From positions 49,063,295-49,126,949 of the forward strand of contig NC_068991.1 in the NCBI RefSeq assembly GCF_001194135.2: a stretch of 63,655 nt of DNA, in the 5' to 3' direction. Numbering within the stretch: position 1 is the first letter of the stretch; each line of letters starts with the position of its first letter. Source of the stretch: Octopus bimaculoides (lineage: Eukaryota). Of the stretch, positions 63,618 to 63,655 are shown piece by piece. The notes beneath the pieces are model-generated. The model was given only the letters and a program-made list of their open reading frames with translations. It was not told where the DNA came from and made no database searches. A program made the position numbers and the translations under genes.

Positions 63618-63655
<38 letters not shown>

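Larger units (their letters stand above)
1..63655. other. Abundant microsatellites (TA, CA, GA, CATA, GATA, TAA, TTC) and about 20 scaffold N gaps, most adjacent to them
   Basis: Directly visible; these explain most long ORFs in the supplied track. Confidence 0.95.

Overview
Repeat-dense eukaryotic genomic DNA from a draft assembly, with many N gaps beside microsatellites. The SINE families and microsatellite load strongly suggest Octopus (inference). One complete protein-coding gene is readable: a 7-exon YIPF6 orthologue on the + strand (CDS join 19084-19113, 26602-26712, 27510-27588, 28395-28437, 30692-30823, 32044-32201, 33135-33250; 669 nt, 222 aa, all GT-AG introns, phases consistent). 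The rest is transposon-derived or simple repeat: mariner and Tc1 transposase relics, a Helitron Rep-helicase relic, hAT and pogo-type MITEs, fold-back elements, two families of RLE-type non-LTR retrotransposon tied to (TAA)n and (CATA)n tracts, several Penelope-like ends and many SINEs. The most interesting signals are: (1) five minimal type I hammerhead ribozyme motifs, four in two inverted pseudo-LTR pairs (one pair showing helix I covariation) and one nested, plus degenerate relics; (2) microsatellite-associated RLE retroelements; (3) CpG decay in repeats inside the YIPF6 gene body compared with copies outside, suggesting gene-body methylation; (4) intronic fold-backs that could be ADAR substrates; (5) a 105-bp tandem array derived from a SINE. 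Almost all ORFs in the supplied track are microsatellite or gap artefacts. All homology calls come from motif recognition by eye, not from database searches.
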